Positions 62,791 to 64,000 of a DNA stretch of 64,000 bases are shown here, piece after piece. Both the position numbers and the translations under genes were made by a program. Each line of letters begins with the position of its first letter. Within the stretch, counting starts at the first letter, position 1. The notes beneath the pieces are model-generated. The model was not told where the DNA came from and searched no databases. It worked only from the letters and a program-made list of their open reading frames with translations. The DNA comes from Heterodontus francisci (lineage: Eukaryota): NCBI RefSeq assembly GCF_036365525.1, contig NC_090382.1, positions 111,820,372 to 111,884,371 on the forward strand, in the 5' to 3' direction.

Positions 62791-64000
62791 GGAGTGGTAC
62801 AGTAGCATAGTTGCTACATTACTGGACTAACAATCCAGAGGCCTGGACTAATGATCCACAGAAATTAGTTTAAATCCCATCATTCAACTGGGGAATATAA
62901 ATTCAGCTAGTTAAACAAAATCTGCAATGAAAAGCTAATTTCAGAAATGGTGACAATGAGATAACCAGAATGTTATAAAAGCCTATCAGCTTCATTGATG
63001 TTCCTTAGGGAAGGAGATCTGCCCTCATTACCTAGAATGACTTGGATCTAACTTCAGACCTAAGGCAACGTGTTTGACCATAAACTGTCTATTGAAATGG
63101 CCTAGCAAGCCACTCAGTTGTGTAAATGATAAAACCAGATGGACCACTGGATGTGACAAAGGCACAAGCAGCCCAGTCTACGAGTTACCCAGTCCTCCTC
63201 ACGAACACCCAGGGGCTTACACCAAAATTGGGACAACTGTTCCACAGACGATTCAAGCAACAGCCTGACATAGTCATAATCATAGAATCATGCCTTTCAG
63301 CTGATGTCCCTGGCTTTTCCATCATTATTCATAAGTATGGCCCATCCCACCAGTAGGACAGACCCAGCAGAGGGCGGGTCACAGTATGCATACAGTAAAG
63401 ACTTAATGCGCCTGTGAGCTCTAAACATTGAAAATGGACCCCATGGCATCTCAAGGAATCAGGCCGAGCGCAGGTAAGGAAACCTCCCGCTGCTCAGAAC
63501 CTATCGTCCTCCCTCAGCTGATGAATCAGTATTCCTCCATATTGAACATGACTTTGAAGAAGCACTGAGAGTAGCAAGGGTAGAAACATTACTCTGGTGG
63601 GAGACTCTAATGTCCCATCAGCAAGTGTAGTTCCATAGCATCAGTACTGACCACGTCCTGTACGACATTGCAGCAAAAGTAGGCCTGCAGCACATGGTGA
63701 GAGAAAAAACACAAGTGAAAAAATTACTTGACCACGTCCTCACCAATCTACGTATTACATACATTATTGGTAGTAGTAACCATCAAACAGTCTTTGTGGA
63801 AACAAATTCTCATCTTCACACTGAGAACACCCTCCATTGTGTTGTGTGGTATTACCACTGTGCTAAATAAGATAGATTCAAAACAGAACTTGCAGCTCTA
63901 AACTGGGCATCCATGAGGCACTGTGGACCATCATCAGAAGATCATTTTAGGACAATCTGTGACCTCATGGCCTGGCATATCCCTCACTATCGTTTCTATC
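62791..64000 (+). mobile_element. tRNA-headed SINE-like 5' region running directly into a decayed LINE endonuclease
   Basis: 62791-63122 is the SINE body. Frame 63126-63356 (LLTNTQGLTPKLG...QQPDIVIIIESCL) and later remnants (TYRPPS, LDHVLTNL, SNH) resemble an APE endonuclease. Confidence 0.7.

Overview
Vertebrate genomic DNA, most likely from a shark or other elasmobranch. This is inferred from the HE1/V-SINE, the CR1, L2, RTE and Neptune-type Penelope repeats, and the gene content. The window lies inside the variable region of a clustered protocadherin (Pcdh) locus. It holds four intact + strand variable exons (ATG at 8190, 30098, 44837, 58557). Each encodes a signal peptide, six cadherin repeats, a TM helix and a short cytoplasmic part, ends at a phase-0 GTRAGT donor, and has an identical 48-bp CGCT-box promoter element about 325 bp upstream. 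No constant exons are present. Positions 1 to about 45,300 are a recent tandem triplication of a ~14-kb promoter+exon+intron unit whose homology ends inside exon 3 near the EC1/EC2 boundary, suggesting unequal crossover between exons made chimeric Pcdhs. Copy-specific retroelement insertions can be mapped against the empty sister copies. These are a Penelope element, hammerhead-bearing mini-inserts (one a perfect 159-bp palindrome), two CR1s, and a full-ORF RTE with both catalytic Asp residues mutated just upstream of promoter 2. All alignments and counts were done by eye, and boundaries of old repeats are approximate.
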